This document shows, piece after piece, positions 54,103 through 63,465 of a DNA stretch of 64,000 nucleotides. Every line of letters begins with the position of its first letter. The first letter of the stretch is position 1. Location: IMG/VR virus record IMGVR_UViG_3300042554_001750; one strand, written 5' to 3'. A model generated the notes under the pieces. It did not search any database and was not told the origin of the DNA. It saw nothing but the letters and a program-made list of their open reading frames with translations. Made by a program: the position numbers and the translations under genes. This DNA is from a virus (lineage: Duplodnaviria > Caudoviricetes).

Positions 54103-54585
54103 TTATTCACTGTTTTTATTGAGCAGGGCTCTAAGCAACTCGTTACGGTCTAGTGACTTACCCTCTCCCAATGGGGTGGCTTCAATTTGTTCGTCTTTAG
54201 TCTGTTGCTTTTGATCCAGTGCTGCTTTCTTTAATTGCAACTCAATCATTTTAAGTTTTTTGTTGATTTTAGCTGTTTTTGCTGTAATAGCATGACCTAA
54301 CATTGTTCCGGCAACACCAAATATTTCAGCACTAAAACGACTATCCACTTGCATCCCAAGATCCATTAAGTCTTTGTAACTGTTAGTGGCAAGACTTGTA
54401 AGCTCATCCATTTCAGTGTCAGTAGCTTCCAAGCCACGAACTTGAGGCAATGCATTTTCTATTTTTTCTAAGTTGGTGTAAGCTTCTTGCGAAGTTATAT
54501 CATACTCAGCCTTCTCTAAATTAGACTCGTTAGCTTCTTTTTCAGGCTGAGGTAATTCAAACAATTCTTCAAGTTTCTTAGTCAT
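54103..54585 (-). CDS. Hypothetical helical protein (possible terminase small subunit)
   Basis: Coiled-coil; next to the head completion nuclease; functional guess is weak. Confidence 0.5.
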   Translation of the reverse strand: MTKKLEELFELPQPEKEANESNLEKAEYDITSQEAYTNLEKIENALPQVRGLEATDTEMDELTSLATNSYKDLMDLGMQVDSRFSAEIFGVAGTMLGHAITAKTAKINKKLKMIELQLKKAALDQKQQTKDEQIEATPLGEGKSLDRNELLRALLNKNSE

Positions 54586-54596
54586 GAAGTATTTAT

Positions 54597-55034
54597 TTAC
54601 CTTTTTCTACCGTTGTAGAAAAGGTCATCTTCAGTTATTACGCGAAAAGTATAGCCCTGCGACTTGCAATATGCCATTGCTGCTGCCCACTTAGCATGAT
54701 TTATAGCAATAACTGCCCTATCCTTTGCACTTACTACTTTACTTTCTATGATACTTTGTTTTTTGGGCTTTATTTCTACTACTTCTGCAATTTGTTTTCC
54801 GTACTTGTTTTTGTATAGTACAAAAAAATCAGGTATGTAATTTGTAGGTTTACCTGTTAATGGATGCCTATATGGAATAGCCATCGCCTCACTAGCCCAA
54901 TATATTACATTATCATTACCATCGCAGAAGGTCATGAATGTAAGTTCCCAACCACTGCGGTATTTAGGTTTATGTTTACCTACATATTTCTGAGGATTTT
55001 TAATGTTATAAATGCCTTGTGCCCACTTAGCCAT
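54597..55034 (-). CDS. Head completion nuclease (T4 gp4/TnsA-like)
   Basis: YRSGWE, YIPDF, EIKP, KWAAA. Confidence 0.85.
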   Translation of the reverse strand: MAKWAQGIYNIKNPQKYVGKHKPKYRSGWELTFMTFCDGNDNVIYWASEAMAIPYRHPLTGKPTNYIPDFFVLYKNKYGKQIAEVVEIKPKKQSIIESKVVSAKDRAVIAINHAKWAAAMAYCKSQGYTFRVITEDDLFYNGRKR

Positions 55035-55397
55035 TTATAAAACCACATTTCTTGCAGCAAATTGATTAGGCTTGGGTATACTTGCAACGCCGTATAATGA
55101 TGTCTTTGATTTAAAACTATTTAAATAATAGGCTAAAACTTTATTCATTTGTAACTTATTATTCAAGCCTTTGATTTCGTTCAATAGTTCTAATACATCT
55201 ACATTAGCTTCTTGTGCAACTCTGAAAAATAAAGCAGTAAAGTTTTCTGCTATATTTTTTGTTGGGCAAACGCCTCTAAAATATCCGAAAACTATATCAT
55301 ATTGAGCAGCGCCAACTACTAAATTGGTAGCATAAAAACTATCAAAAATTCTTATTGTTTGATCTAATGATGTTCTATTATCTATAATTTGTGTCAT
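55035..55397 (-). CDS. Hypothetical virion protein
   Basis: Coupled within the tail operon. Confidence 0.7.
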   Translation of the reverse strand: MTQIIDNRTSLDQTIRIFDSFYATNLVVGAAQYDIVFGYFRGVCPTKNIAENFTALFFRVAQEANVDVLELLNEIKGLNNKLQMNKVLAYYLNSFKSKTSLYGVASIPKPNQFAARNVVL

Positions 55398-56644
55398 ATG
55401 TCTAATCCGTTAATATTATCTTGTGGATTGGTTGTGTCCAAATCTAATCCATTAATATTATTTTGTTGACCTGCAGTATTTATAGTACCTACATCCTGCG
55501 GAGCTGCTCTAGCAACAGGTGGGGTACCTGCTGTACCTTGTGTAGAAGCAGTAGCCCCATATGTAGGTATATCAAAGTTTTTAGAGCGTGTATTATTTGT
55601 GGCTCCTTGCAAGGCATTCTGGATACCTTGCTTGAGTTCTGCACTTAATGTGGCTTTTAGATTAATATTTTTTGCAGAGTTATATGCAGCACCTGCGGTT
55701 CTTATGCCTGTTAAAAGATTTCCTTCAGCCATATCTTTAATTGCACCACCTGCACTTGCAATCAGTCCCGTTGGACCTAAAACATTTGAATTAGAACCAG
55801 GTGTAGCTATCGGACTTAGACGCTTATCGTAATTTGCCTCTAAACCAAATCCAGTAACAATGTCCGATGATTTTTGACCGTCCATGTTTCCTCTGTTATA
55901 GACTACTGTTTCATAGTCTAATGTCATGCTATTAGTCATAGTACCGGCGGCTTCAGCGTAGTCATATGTGTCATGGCCAAATCGTGTAATTATTGGATTT
56001 ATTAAAGTATATGCTAAAAAGTTATGTTGATTAAATCCAAAGATAGTAATATTTTTAAAGAATGTTGCTTTGCCCTTACTAGGATCGCCTGTTTCTCCGA
56101 TATAACCCCAATCATCACCACCGGTTATAGAATCTAAATAGGTAGTTCTTTCGTTATAGTTTGCTAAGGTAGCAGTCGCAGAGTTTCCTCCACCAACTAT
56201 ATCTGAAGCTGGAGCACCACCTCTGTTGCCTTTAAAAACTACTTTAGGCTTTGTGCCGTCTTTGTAATAATATGTATAGTACTTGTACCACAAATTTGCT
56301 ATAGAATCATCATTATCATCATGGAATTGAATATCTATAGGGTCATATTTGATTTTAGTTTGTACAATTCTTTTTCTGTTGTACTGATTTAATTGATGTG
56401 TATCAAAACTGAAGTTAGGTAACTTAACAGATTTAACTAATAAACCAAAATTAGTCTGTGATGTTCTAGGTTGTGCTTCTGGATTAATTTCAAAATAGAC
56501 ATGGAAAAGAAACTTAAACTTGGGTGCGTTTGCATAGAACCCAGGTTTAAATGTCTTGCTTGCGTGAGTGTAATCCCTAAGGTAATCGTTGCCGAAGAAT
56601 CCTCCGGCAACGTCCTTAAGAAAAGTTTTGATTGCGCCTGGCAT
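55394..56644 (-). CDS. Tail tube-like/baseplate junction protein (gp48/gp54-like)
   Basis: Tube fold cues (VKSVKLP, I.F.DD, L.NP.I, ..YE); next to gp19. Confidence 0.65.
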   Translation of the reverse strand: MPGAIKTFLKDVAGGFFGNDYLRDYTHASKTFKPGFYANAPKFKFLFHVYFEINPEAQPRTSQTNFGLLVKSVKLPNFSFDTHQLNQYNRKRIVQTKIKYDPIDIQFHDDNDDSIANLWYKYYTYYYKDGTKPKVVFKGNRGGAPASDIVGGGNSATATLANYNERTTYLDSITGGDDWGYIGETGDPSKGKATFFKNITIFGFNQHNFLAYTLINPIITRFGHDTYDYAEAAGTMTNSMTLDYETVVYNRGNMDGQKSSDIVTGFGLEANYDKRLSPIATPGSNSNVLGPTGLIASAGGAIKDMAEGNLLTGIRTAGAAYNSAKNINLKATLSAELKQGIQNALQGATNNTRSKNFDIPTYGATASTQGTAGTPPVARAAPQDVGTINTAGQQNNINGLDLDTTNPQDNINGLDI

Positions 56645-56673
56645 CAGAATCCTTTTAGGATCTTAAATCCCTA

Positions 56674-57312
56674 TTAGGTTCCGCCACCGATACCTGTTAC
56701 GACTGAGCCGCCAAGTATACGACCAACTGATGTACCAACCCCAGAAGTCAATGGTGACTGAACTGCGTTATCATAACGAATTGTCAATGATACAGTTACT
56801 GCATCGCTTGCCGCATAGTTTAATGTGTTATAGTTAGCTGTCTGTAAGAAGCAACCATAAAGTTCCCATGTTTCTAATACGATTGGTGCGTTTGCTCCAT
56901 TACCACCATCAAGAATTTCAATGTTTGTTTGGAACTTGTAATCTTGACCTGTTGCTGCTGAAGCCTGCTCTACGAAGTCTAATTGTTTCTGTAATTGCTG
57001 ACCAACTGCTTTTGAAACAGATCCTGAAGCATCATCACGAATATTAACAGTGATTGGTGCCCAGGTGTGCTTACCTGCTAGATATAATGTTGAGTTATAT
57101 ACGGGCAATGTGATTTCAGCAAATGATAGGTTAGGACGAGTAACGTCTACTACTTGCTTTGTTAACTGTAATCCATTAACTGCATCTACGCCAAAGTTTA
57201 AGAAATTAACTCTAAAGCGATATTGTAGTTTGGGCATCAACAAGCCTTGGTTTCCACCAGCGTTGTCAGACGCTACGGTCATGTTGAACAATGATTGTGA
57301 GGCTGTTGCCAT
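56674..57312 (-). CDS. Tail tube protein (gp19-like)
   Basis: YRFRV, TRPNL, GKHTW, W.L.GCF, IRYD; downstream of the sheath gene. Confidence 0.85.
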   Translation of the reverse strand: MATASQSLFNMTVASDNAGGNQGLLMPKLQYRFRVNFLNFGVDAVNGLQLTKQVVDVTRPNLSFAEITLPVYNSTLYLAGKHTWAPITVNIRDDASGSVSKAVGQQLQKQLDFVEQASAATGQDYKFQTNIEILDGGNGANAPIVLETWELYGCFLQTANYNTLNYAASDAVTVSLTIRYDNAVQSPLTSGVGTSVGRILGGSVVTGIGGGT

Positions 57313-57346
57313 TTTTTAAGTTCTCCTATGTATTATTTATCTTAGT

Positions 57347-57369
57347 AAAAGGGGGACTAGCCCCCTTTT
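57347..57369 (-). terminator. Terminator after the tail sheath gene
   Basis: AAAAGGGGG-N5-CCCCCTTTT. Confidence 0.8.
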
Positions 57370-57370
57370 A

Positions 57371-60300
57371 TTATGCTCCGCCTAGTTCACCTGTGTTCAA
57401 GATACGAACTGGTATATAGATGAATTCAGCAGCCTTGACAGGCTCAACTGCAACATCTACCCACAATTCATTTCTATCAATTCTAGCAGGAGTGTTGTTT
57501 GACTCATCACAAACTACTAGATAGTCATAGATACCACGTTTTGCGACTAGATCAACCATTAATGACTCAATGACACCAGCGATTTGCTGTCTTGTCAATG
57601 CATCATTAGGTTCAAACACGAATGGTCTTCCTGCTAATGTCAATTGTCTGCGGATATATGCAACTAGTCTTGCAACGTTGCATCTATCTAGTGCGCTTTG
57701 ACTATTGAAGCTAGACTTGTTACCATAGTTCAACAAACCGTTACCAGTGAAGAACACTAATGGGTTGATGAAGTTTGTGTATAGAACATCACGGACACCT
57801 ACGCGAGTCTTGATGACTACGAATTCGCCAGTTGTTCTGTCAACATAGCCAATATTTGCTGCGTTGTCAATAATACCACGGCGTGTACCTGCTGCTGCTA
57901 ACCAAGGATAAGCAACAGTATCATTGCGTAAGAAAGTGCGTAGCATCATGTGTGATGCAGGAACAGCTACTAAGTTACCACTTAGGTCAGTTGCCAAGCC
58001 ACTTGGATAGAACAATCCCATGTAAGAACTACGGTTTACAAGACCTTCTTCACCTGTGCTTGTTGCGCCTGCAGCATTGGTTGCCCAATTTTGAATTGCA
58101 GTTGCATTGTCAGATAGACCTAATGGAGTGTCACCGATAATGAAGCCAGTCTCTCCACGATCACTATTAAGAGTAATCATGTTAGGCTGCAATTCAGGAT
58201 AATTTGGAGCAGCCATTAGATTGAAGAAATTATCTTCATCACGGATTGCCAAATTAGTGTCAATTGCACTTCTCAATGATTGAACTACCATTGCACGCTG
58301 AGCCTTACGACCCATATATGGTGCACCGTTGCTCTGTAATCCACTCTGACTTACCCAAGCATTTGTCTCAGTGGGCAATGATGCTCCTGGGAAGTTAGTT
58401 GTATTAAAGTAATTTGAACGGAATTGTTTTACATTATATCCTGAACGGCGTGTGTTAAACAACAACATTCCTGTTGGATACAATGCGCTAGAAGGTGCAT
58501 CTAAATCTAGATAGTTACTTGTTAACAATGACACTATTGTTGGAATAGGATCATCAGTAACGCTTGTTACACCGTTAGTTGCCCAACGTGCATCAGCAAA
58601 TACAATGCCTTCTGAACTTGTTTGATCTGTGTTGTTTAGTAACACCCACTGATCAGCACCGTCTACTAGCTGCCAACGATAGATAACTGGATAGTTTTCT
58701 AGATCAGCAGTAGAAATCCATAGATCACCGTATACCAGTGCAGTAGCGTCACTCTGGCTTGTAGGTGCAGTAGCACTTACGATAGGACCATTTGGATCAG
58801 TTGCATTGCTACCTGTTGGTGTAGGAAATCCATTGGTATCATAGTTTTGATTCTTGTATCCTCTCCAGTTACCGTTGTAGTTAACCATGATGTCAACTTC
58901 ATCAGTAACGCTATAGAACCAATTTGTATTATTAGCAGGTTCTGCTACTGGAGCACCCTCATTAGGTGTGAAGTATGAAAACTCTACCCAGTTACTTAGT
59001 TGAACAGTGGTATTATTAACTGCCTGACCAGATACAATAGCCACAGACGTTACCGCGTTAGTAGGAGCTCCTGATGTAGTGATAACACGAATTTCAAGGT
59101 TATTACCAGATGGGTAATTTCCAGTTACACCTCCCAAGTTTGAACCATCTACATATAGTGTATCACCTACTGTATATCCAGATCCTGCATTGTTAAAAGA
59201 TGTACCTGTGATATTATACACACCGTTGTTTCTAACAACAGTCAATGTACATCCTGAACCACTGCCGCCGGCGGCACTGACTGCATTATATACTTGCTGA
59301 CTGTTTGGTCCAAATTTAACACCGGCAGTCGTACCTGCAACAAAACCTGCTTCTAGACATAGTCCAGTGGACACCCCGTTTTCGTTATCATCAATTGTAA
59401 TTGATCCACCCTCAGTGTGCGTGATTTGTATCGCACCACTGGTAGTTACAGCAGCCGTAGTAAATGGAATACCAGCTGCATACCAGGCAGTAACAAAATC
59501 AGTTGCATCAGAATTGTCAGCTAATGTTACGGTGTATGTAGACTGGCTAGATGAATTTGGAACACTAATAGTAACAAGGAATGTATAAGGTCCATTGTCA
59601 AAATTTGGATTTGTGTTTGTTCCAGTTACTACTGTAGGTCCTGTAGCAATTCTTTCCCAATAGTAAACAGGAACAGTTCCAACTGAAGATAGTTGTGTAC
59701 CGAAATTGTACTGACCGTAAATTGTTCCTGCAGGGATAGCTTGACCGCCCGTAGGATCTAGTTCAAGGTTAACTGCTGCATCAGATGTTGACATTGTAAC
59801 TGTCTTTGCAACCCAGCTAGCAATACTAGAATTATATTGACTTAGAACAGAATTTAAACCTCCACCTGCATTACCTATTTTAATCCAGACAGATCCAGTT
59901 GGCATAGGAGTTGTTTGACTGCTTGTCCACAAAGGCATTTGAGCAGAAGTACCATATGCTACTGAAGGCTGATAATATGTTCCTGCAGGGATACCCAATG
60001 CAGTTAACAACCCGGCAGTTCCACTAGCAATTTGAATTGAGCGAGAACCAACTGGACCACCGTTTTGAGAAGAAAATATACACAATCTTCCATTACGGAC
60101 AGCAGCACTGACATATGAAACACCAAAGTTATTTATTGCAGTAACCACGTTACTTATTGTATTACCTGGAGTGATTGTTACAGTAAGAACAGTGCCAGTA
60201 CTAAGTGTGATCGTAAATGTTCCAGCAACTAATGATGGATTAGTTGCTGTGCTTATTACTGTAGGAACATCACTCATCCATTCTGGAGAACCTAATGGGG

Positions 60301-60940
60301 TCCAGGCGTTTTGAGTGGTTTTATAATAATAAGTTTTCTCAGAATCAATTGTTGAAACAGTAGTTACAGGAATTGCTACTACCGCATAGTCACCGATACT
60401 TCCGATACTTGCTAGAGGTACTCCACTTGAAAGATTTACAGAATCAGTAATAACAACTGGACTTTGCTCAGTGAACTGGCCAGTTGTTTCGTCAAATTCA
60501 AAAATACCCCAGGTAGAAGTTGTTGCATCTAACCAGTATGTACCATTGTCAGGTGCACCAACTGGGCGACCTGTTTGACCGACTAAACTTGCTAAGTCAA
60601 TATCAGCACGTAAAACATAGCAACGATTGGTTACACCTAATAAACTATAAGCTGCTAATAAACCATATTCGTTGAGTTCATAACCCTGAATAGGGGTACC
60701 ATTTGTCGTTGTATAGAAGAAAGGTACACCATATAAGGTTGTCAAATCACGCTGACTTGTGACTTCAAATAATTTTCCGGCGTTTGCAGCAGTTGTTGCT
60801 TGTGCAACGCCAATACCGTTTGGATCAGCTTTGTTCTGTGCTGTAGCAAGTACAACTAATGGAACAGAGCCAGTTGGGGCTGGAAGATATTGACTTTGAT
60901 CAATAATTGATACTTCTACGCCTGGAGATGTTAATGCCAT
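57371..60940 (-). CDS. Tail sheath protein (gp18-like), 1189 aa
   Basis: SPGVEVSIID N-terminus; C-terminal PAS.M, W.A.AG..RG, RCNVARL, VVCDESNNT..RIDRNEL, EFIYIP. Confidence 0.93.
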   Translation of the reverse strand: MALTSPGVEVSIIDQSQYLPAPTGSVPLVVLATAQNKADPNGIGVAQATTAANAGKLFEVTSQRDLTTLYGVPFFYTTTNGTPIQGYELNEYGLLAAYSLLGVTNRCYVLRADIDLASLVGQTGRPVGAPDNGTYWLDATTSTWGIFEFDETTGQFTEQSPVVITDSVNLSSGVPLASIGSIGDYAVVAIPVTTVSTIDSEKTYYYKTTQNAWTPLGSPEWMSDVPTVISTATNPSLVAGTFTITLSTGTVLTVTITPGNTISNVVTAINNFGVSYVSAAVRNGRLCIFSSQNGGPVGSRSIQIASGTAGLLTALGIPAGTYYQPSVAYGTSAQMPLWTSSQTTPMPTGSVWIKIGNAGGGLNSVLSQYNSSIASWVAKTVTMSTSDAAVNLELDPTGGQAIPAGTIYGQYNFGTQLSSVGTVPVYYWERIATGPTVVTGTNTNPNFDNGPYTFLVTISVPNSSSQSTYTVTLADNSDATDFVTAWYAAGIPFTTAAVTTSGAIQITHTEGGSITIDDNENGVSTGLCLEAGFVAGTTAGVKFGPNSQQVYNAVSAAGGSGSGCTLTVVRNNGVYNITGTSFNNAGSGYTVGDTLYVDGSNLGGVTGNYPSGNNLEIRVITTSGAPTNAVTSVAIVSGQAVNNTTVQLSNWVEFSYFTPNEGAPVAEPANNTNWFYSVTDEVDIMVNYNGNWRGYKNQNYDTNGFPTPTGSNATDPNGPIVSATAPTSQSDATALVYGDLWISTADLENYPVIYRWQLVDGADQWVLLNNTDQTSSEGIVFADARWATNGVTSVTDDPIPTIVSLLTSNYLDLDAPSSALYPTGMLLFNTRRSGYNVKQFRSNYFNTTNFPGASLPTETNAWVSQSGLQSNGAPYMGRKAQRAMVVQSLRSAIDTNLAIRDEDNFFNLMAAPNYPELQPNMITLNSDRGETGFIIGDTPLGLSDNATAIQNWATNAAGATSTGEEGLVNRSSYMGLFYPSGLATDLSGNLVAVPASHMMLRTFLRNDTVAYPWLAAAGTRRGIIDNAANIGYVDRTTGEFVVIKTRVGVRDVLYTNFINPLVFFTGNGLLNYGNKSSFNSQSALDRCNVARLVAYIRRQLTLAGRPFVFEPNDALTRQQIAGVIESLMVDLVAKRGIYDYLVVCDESNNTPARIDRNELWVDVAVEPVKAAEFIYIPVRILNTGELGGA

Positions 60941-60996
60941 TTTCTTTTTCCTTTATTGTAAAATTATGAGGTTTACCACCTTGAAATGCATAAAAG

Positions 60997-61054
60997 TATT
61001 TATAAAAATATTAGGAAAACAGTGGTTTACCGTACCTTCAAAGGTCTATAAATA
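60997..61054. promoter_or_regulatory. Divergent late promoters (TATAAATA at 60997-61004 minus; 61047-61054 plus)
   Basis: Two exact T4 late boxes facing the sheath and HNH genes. Confidence 0.75.
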
Positions 61055-61058
61055 CTTA

Positions 61059-61412
61059 ATGCCGATTCTTAGACCTATTTGTAGTAAGTGTAACAAAAAC
61101 TTTTCTGCTGTAAATTACATACGCAATGGGGTCACACATTACCGTAGCATTTGTGATGAGTGTGGTAGAAAAAAGAACAAACTAAAACCCAGAAAAGCGA
61201 ACTGGATCAAAAGTGGATATAAGAAAAAAGCCACATGTGATTTATGTGGCTTTCATAGTATATTCCCAAGTCAAATTACTGTCTTTCATATTGATGGTAA
61301 CTTAGAAAATATTGCTCTTAATAATCTAAGAAGTATTTGTCTTAACTGTGTAGAAGTTGTTAAAAAGAAAAATGTAACTTGGAAACGGGGAGATTTAGAA
61401 GTTGATTATTGA
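61059..61412 (+). CDS. Zn-finger HNH endonuclease-like protein
   Basis: CxxC pairs, HIDGN..N...NL..CLNC; start moved to the ATG 4 nt after the late box. Confidence 0.75.
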   Translation: MPILRPICSKCNKNFSAVNYIRNGVTHYRSICDECGRKKNKLKPRKANWIKSGYKKKATCDLCGFHSIFPSQITVFHIDGNLENIALNNLRSICLNCVEVVKKKNVTWKRGDLEVDY

Positions 61413-62027
61413 CTTAATTTGGTGGTGCAACGAATCTATAGTACCGTTGTTGTCAATATAATGATCATAATCTAATCCTACACTAGAATATTCACTGGCA
61501 TGAATACCCAGTTTGTTGAGTCTGTCTTTAGCTATTGCCCAGCCAATCTGAGTAGGTCCTTTGTTTAGGTTTATCGCATCACTATACCAGTCAGGTTGTA
61601 GACCTCTTTCCACCCGACAAGTGATTCCCCCTGCCTTTTTGATAGCTTGTAACTCGTTGGCAAATCTACAATCGGTAATAACAATATTATCTTTAGATTG
61701 ACGAAGCTTATTTTCTACACTGGCAACCCAAATATCGGTGTGAAATCCGTTTCTACAAACTTCAGTACCCCAATATTGTAGTACCCACCTTGGAGTCAGA
61801 TTTGGAATATTTAATCGTTCTGCCCACCAAGGATCCACTTGCTCTCGCCATTCACGGCTTGACTTAGTAGTTCCCTCTAATAGTTCTCTATCCCAGCCAA
61901 ATACAGAACTCACTGCATCCTTTAAACTAGCCGCAAAACTTAATCTCTGGAATCCATGAAAAGTGCATAGATAGTCTGCAATAGTATCCTTACCACTTCC
62001 AATCAGTCCCGTAACCCCTAGAATCAT
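61395..62027 (-). CDS. Deoxynucleoside monophosphate kinase (T4 gp1-like)
   Basis: GLIGSGKDT, SFAASLK, PRWVLQYWGTE, ITDCRF.NE, HASE. Confidence 0.88.
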   Translation of the reverse strand: MILGVTGLIGSGKDTIADYLCTFHGFQRLSFAASLKDAVSSVFGWDRELLEGTTKSSREWREQVDPWWAERLNIPNLTPRWVLQYWGTEVCRNGFHTDIWVASVENKLRQSKDNIVITDCRFANELQAIKKAGGITCRVERGLQPDWYSDAINLNKGPTQIGWAIAKDRLNKLGIHASEYSSVGLDYDHYIDNNGTIDSLHHQIKSIINF

Positions 62028-62033
62028 GTAAAA

Positions 62034-62066
62034 ACTCCTGTCAAATACTTAGTATAAGACAGGAGT
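62034..62066 (-). promoter_or_regulatory. SD-sequestering hairpin with a -10 box (TATACT) in its loop
   Basis: ACTCCTGTC-N15-GACAGGAGT, 6 nt from ATG. Confidence 0.55.
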
Positions 62067-62086
62067 ATAAAAAAGAAAAGAAGCAA

Positions 62087-62872
62087 TTAGCCCTGAATCC
62101 AAGTTAATGGTTGACTGTAATCTTGATACTTGCGTAAGTCATCAATTAGTGATTCTTGTAATGCCTTGCCTTCAGCTTTCATAGCTGTACCATTTAGGCT
62201 AGTGCCGCCGCCCGGGCCTGCAATACTGCCGAATTTTTCACGGGCCTCACCAATGATAGTTTTTAATGTTGCTAATGTGAAGTCCCCTATCCAAACTCCG
62301 GCACCCGGATCCTGCAATAATTCAATTACAGGCCTTTGTACATCAGCCCAAATAAGAATACGCTCACCCGAGCCCTTGAAATCTCGTACTACTTTTAATA
62401 CTTTAGTTACAGGGTTGAATGTATAGTTTACATATCCACCGAACATTCGTGCTGCCAATTCTACATAGCCGGCGTAAAAATCGTATGTTGCCATGCCACC
62501 TGTATAGTTATAGTTCAATAGATATGTGTTTAGAATCGCACTTGAAAATGGGTCAAATGCAGTAGAACTAGGGCCTGTTTCTAAGCCCACTGTTCTACGG
62601 TATAAGCATCTTACATTAATAAATTCTTGAGGGAGAGTATATGTGTCTACATTTTTTATAACCGTCATTAAGGTATATGATTCAATTGTAGCATTTTGTG
62701 CTCTTTGACGATATAGTTTGATAGCATAAGTGAATGCAGCCTCATAGTGTTGAGGATCTAATTCAATATCAATTATGCCGTCACCCAAACGCAACGCAAG
62801 ATTTTTAAACAATGCTTGCTTTAGTTCATCTTCTGTAAGATTGGTAGGTGTTGTTAAAATATTTGCGGTCAT
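62087..62872 (-). CDS. Neck protein (gp13-like)
   Basis: LRLGDGIIDIEL, A..K...G..R.KF..I.GPGG...LNG; late box at 62891-62898. Confidence 0.75.
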   Translation of the reverse strand: MTANILTTPTNLTEDELKQALFKNLALRLGDGIIDIELDPQHYEAAFTYAIKLYRQRAQNATIESYTLMTVIKNVDTYTLPQEFINVRCLYRRTVGLETGPSSTAFDPFSSAILNTYLLNYNYTGGMATYDFYAGYVELAARMFGGYVNYTFNPVTKVLKVVRDFKGSGERILIWADVQRPVIELLQDPGAGVWIGDFTLATLKTIIGEAREKFGSIAGPGGGTSLNGTAMKAEGKALQESLIDDLRKYQDYSQPLTWIQG

Positions 62873-62903
62873 AAGTAATCCCAGATATATTATTTATCAG
62901 GAA

Positions 62904-63341
62904 TTACAGGTCTCCCTCTTTTCGGTTCTCAGAGTAAAATGCGTCAAAGTGTCCGCCCGGATATCGTGCTTCAAGCTTCTTGACATTCTCGGCAATGACC
63001 TCATTAGGATCGTAGCCGAGTGCCCTACATGCATTAATCCAGTACCAAATGATATCTCCGAGTTCTCTTTTTAGATGATATACATTTTCATCACTCAATG
63101 GTTTACCTTGAAAAAAGATTTTCTTATTGATTTCAATAAACTCTCCGCTCTCTGCGGCTAATCCAAGACATGCCGTTAGTAGCAATGGAATATTAACACT
63201 CGGACCAGTTACATTTTCGCCATTTTGAGAATTCAATTCTTCACATCGTTGCTGAAAAATATGAAAATGGTTACTTGGATTACTTGTTACTGCTTCTACG
63301 AATTGTGTGTATTTTGTTAGGTCAATTTGATTATTGGACAT
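62904..63341 (-). CDS. MazG-like nucleotide pyrophosphohydrolase
   Basis: GLAAESGEF, ELGDIIWY, N..KL..RY. Confidence 0.88.
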   Translation of the reverse strand: MSNNQIDLTKYTQFVEAVTSNPSNHFHIFQQRCEELNSQNGENVTGPSVNIPLLLTACLGLAAESGEFIEINKKIFFQGKPLSDENVYHLKRELGDIIWYWINACRALGYDPNEVIAENVKKLEARYPGGHFDAFYSENRKEGDL

Positions 63342-63398
63342 GTGTTTCTCCTATAGTCAATTATACACTAACTATACAGAAAAACAATAGAAAAGGAC

Positions 63399-63442
63399 TA
63401 AATAAAAGTGTAGTTCGCGGGACGGGAATCCCCAACTACTCT
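63399..63442 (+). promoter_or_regulatory. TAAATA box followed by a bulged hairpin upstream of the GIY-YIG gene
   Basis: GTAGTT-CGC-GGGA-N6-TCCC-C-AACTAC. Confidence 0.45.
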
Positions 63443-63465
63443 ATGATTGAAAAGGAATCACAGCA

